A stretch of DNA of 64,000 bases. It comes from Torpedo marmorata (lineage: Eukaryota). Positions 61,399 to 64,000 of this stretch are shown piece after piece. The stretch lies in contig OZ360225.1 of NCBI GenBank assembly GCA_977017645.1, positions 135,594,001-135,658,000 on the forward strand, in the 5' to 3' direction. Within the stretch, counting starts at the first letter, position 1; every line of letters starts with the position of its first letter. The position numbers and the translations under genes are program-made. The notes beneath the pieces are model-generated. The model had not been told where the DNA came from, ran no database searches, and saw nothing but the letters and a program-made list of their open reading frames with translations.

Positions 61399-63578
61399 GG
61401 TACCTACAAGAAACCTATGTGTTCACAGGGAGAATGTACAAACTTAAGGACGACAGCACCGGAGGTCAATATCAAACTCAGGCTGTTGGGGCTTTGAGGC
61501 AGCAGCTCTCCTCAATTCAGATTTTACTTCTTTAGCCACTTGTGATAGGACACTCCTCTCATCCCAGGAGGAGCCTAGTGAATCTCCTTTGCATTGCCCA
61601 CAATGCTTGCATAGCCTTTCCCAAATAAGCTAAGATTAGCTAATTATCAAAGATAAGTTCATGATAAATGGAGTCAATGACATGCAGAGAGAAATTATAT
61701 AACTGTAATTAAAGAAACAAAGTTGTTGCAACAGTTATCAGAACCTTACAAATACAATGTCAACTTAATATCTCCCCAAGCATATTTGTATAATTATTTA
61801 TACAGAGAATATTGTATCCACAATGTTTTATTTATTGTGACTGGTAACAGTCAAAAAACTGGGGGTGCTTCTTAGAATTGAAGGCAAAGATGCAGATTTG
61901 ACATCAATGCAATTGATAGTCAGCAAATGACCAGTGATTAGTGAGGGTTAACTGACATTTCACCCAAAGAGGTTTTGGTATTGAACTGTGCAGCCTGATG
62001 AATGTTATAAACTATAGGACTATTGGAGCAAGAATAAAGTGGAGGGACGAGTAACTATAGCCACGTCTGTTAATCTTTTATATTTAGTTTTTCCTGCTAA
62101 TGTTTATGTTTTCATCTGCTTTTACAATAATACTTCTTTTATTTGGTTCCATACTGAATCGTCATCATTCCTGGATGTCAATGACTCCATTTATCACCAC
62201 TCTATTAAATCATGCTAGCACTTTAATAGGAAGGATGAAGGTTGAGGGAAGATTTGACTTCTGTGGGTAAAATCATGACACTTTTAAGGGTAAAGAGAGG
62301 GATTCTGTGGCCAGATTTAAAAATTCATGCAAACAATAAAGGGAGGTGTGAGGAATTTTTTATGGAGTGAGTATTTAATGATCTGGAATTCAATGTCTTT
62401 CTGGGTTTTGAACAGGGAGACATTTGGGCTTTCAAAAGGGAATTGTATAGGCAGCTGCAGGAAAATAATTTGTTGGGTGATGGAGAAATCCAGGAAATTG
62501 AGAATGATGGGAATGACCTACAAGGAGCTGGCACAGATTCGATGGACTGAATTGCCTCCTTGTGTGCTGTTTCAATTCCATCATTCTATACATATCTTGA
62601 TTAAACCCTGAAGAAATTATATTCAGGCTCTGAGTTTCAGTAACGTTTATAAGTTCAGTTGACAAGCTGTCAAAGTGAATTATTAAACTCCAAATTTATT
62701 TTAAAATTCTTACAAACCTAACCTCTGGTGACGGGTGGAGCAGGTGCATTAGGCACTAGCTGCAATATCTTTATCAATGTGGAATTGTGTATTGCTGATC
62801 AGGCATCACAACCCATTAGACAGTGGTCAGGTAATATGTTCCAGTAAAAATATCAAAATCCCATGCTTTTAATATGAAATAATTAAGCTTAGTACATCTA
62901 AAGTGCCAGTCAAGGTTTGCAGTTACTGAAAAGTCGTAACCAGGACAACATGTTACACATTCACAATAAATCATACCACTTAACATTAACAGGTAACTAA
63001 TATAATTTCAGTTCTCATCCCTCCTATTAAAGATCTTTTCCATGAATAGGATTGTTTTAGCATTCACTTAAGTACTCTTTTGCTGCAGTCTATGTAAGTT
63101 TATTGTGGATTCTTTGTTTGATTACTACATGACAATTTCTTTCTTACAGATGAATCTTTAAAAATGCAAATAGTTTTAAAGGGTACACCACTGGAAGGTA
63201 AAAAAGATTTAGTCTGTTCCATTTTAATGTTATTTTGGCTGTGTAGATTAACATAGCCACAAGATTAACGACAGTGATTAACTTCTACTGTTGAATGCGC
63301 AACCGAACAGACCCTGAATGGATAACTCTGAAGATCCAGAGTATGTTCTGGTTTATTTTTAAACATGCATTTTACCAAATGAACATCTAAGGTTACAGCG
63401 AAATATAGATCAACTGTGGAAGTAGGCTGAGGAATACTGATGGAACTTGAATAAAACAAGTGCAAAGTGTGGCATTTTGGAAAGTTAAATCAGTGAGTGG
63501 CAGTGCTCTGGCGAGTGTTGTAGAACAGAGATCTGATTGTACAAGTTCATAGTTCCATGAAATTGGAGACTGGGTGAT

Positions 63579-63812
63579 TGTGGTAAACCACTGTAAATAC
63601 ATGTATATATGCTTATGGTCGTCTGGACACGCCCCTTACTGGCTGTACCTGTGGCTCCTCCCACAGACCCCTGAATAAAGGCTATTGTGCCACAGCTCCC
63701 TCCCCATTCCAGCTCAGACGACCACCAGGAGTGTACATCCATTCCGATGTGAATAAAAGCCTATCAGTTCCTGTCTTAACTTCTAGTCTTTGGAGTTATT
63801 TATGGTGCATCA
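63579..63812 (+). repeat. 5' LTR of a Gypsy-type LTR retrotransposon (~234 bp)
   Basis: TG...CA ends (TGTGGTAAACC...GGTGCATCA), TATA-like GAATAAAGG ~63673, AATAAA at 63752-63757; a gag-like ORF follows. Confidence 0.7.
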
Positions 63813-63836
63813 ATTTTATTCACATTGTTTTCGATA

Positions 63837-64000
63837 ATGGATAAGTACCTGAAACCAGAAAAGTTGGAGCGAGACCCTTGATCACCTGAGGCATCCAACT
63901 GTTTCGAACATTGGCTGCGTTGTTTCGGGCCAATCTTGAGGGCCTCCGCTGCTGTCATCCAATCGGAAGACGACAAACTACAACTACTACATTCCCGGGT
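63837..64000 (+). pseudogene. Gypsy-type gag N-terminus with a premature stop; runs off the window
   Basis: MDKYLKPEKLERDP*SPEASNCFEHWLRCF resembles the L(K/R)PE.L..DP...F.HW..CF N-terminus I recall from metazoan Gypsy gags; not verified by search. Confidence 0.65.

Noticed and set aside
1-64000. Prokaryotic systems (CRISPR array, operons, retrons, defence islands)
   Set aside because: No regularly spaced repeat-spacer array or operon structure; all RT and nuclease ORFs belong to eukaryotic retroelements, and the host gene is spliced.

Overview
Eukaryotic, intron-containing, transposon-saturated vertebrate DNA. The repeat repertoire (HE1-like V-SINEs, esterase-ORF1 CR1s, Penelope, Rex1/Babar, L1/Tx1, Tc1) points to a cartilaginous fish, probably a ray; this is an inference. 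The only host gene I can support is EPDR1 (ependymin-related 1) on the + strand: an internal coding exon (6671-6879) and the terminal coding exon (16188-16378). Its first exon is not seen and presumably lies upstream of the window. The rest is mostly nested mobile DNA: CR1 LINEs (two with almost intact ORF2), four L1-clade insertions with 13-17 bp target-site duplications (TSDs), Tx1, RTE and Rex1/Babar fragments, three IR/DR-type Tc1 copies, Penelope-like GIY-YIG elements, a decayed class I endogenous retrovirus (ERV) and the 5' end of a Gypsy-type LTR element. The signals most worth following up are: (i) a minimal hammerhead-ribozyme-like motif repeated about ten times in Penelope termini, including ~100-140 bp stand-alone mini-insertions; (ii) two non-coding retroposon families (a 5S rRNA-headed SINE and a GC-rich ~0.8 kb element) that share a Rex1/Babar-like 3' hairpin and tail; (iii) an LTR element with no tRNA primer-binding site, whose leader is instead complementary to its own poly(A) signal; (iv) an inverted duplication of ERV env inserted into the provirus's own LTR; (v) an ~18 kb multi-level nested insertion stack. 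All calls are by eye, with no searches run; repeat boundaries without a TSD are approximate.
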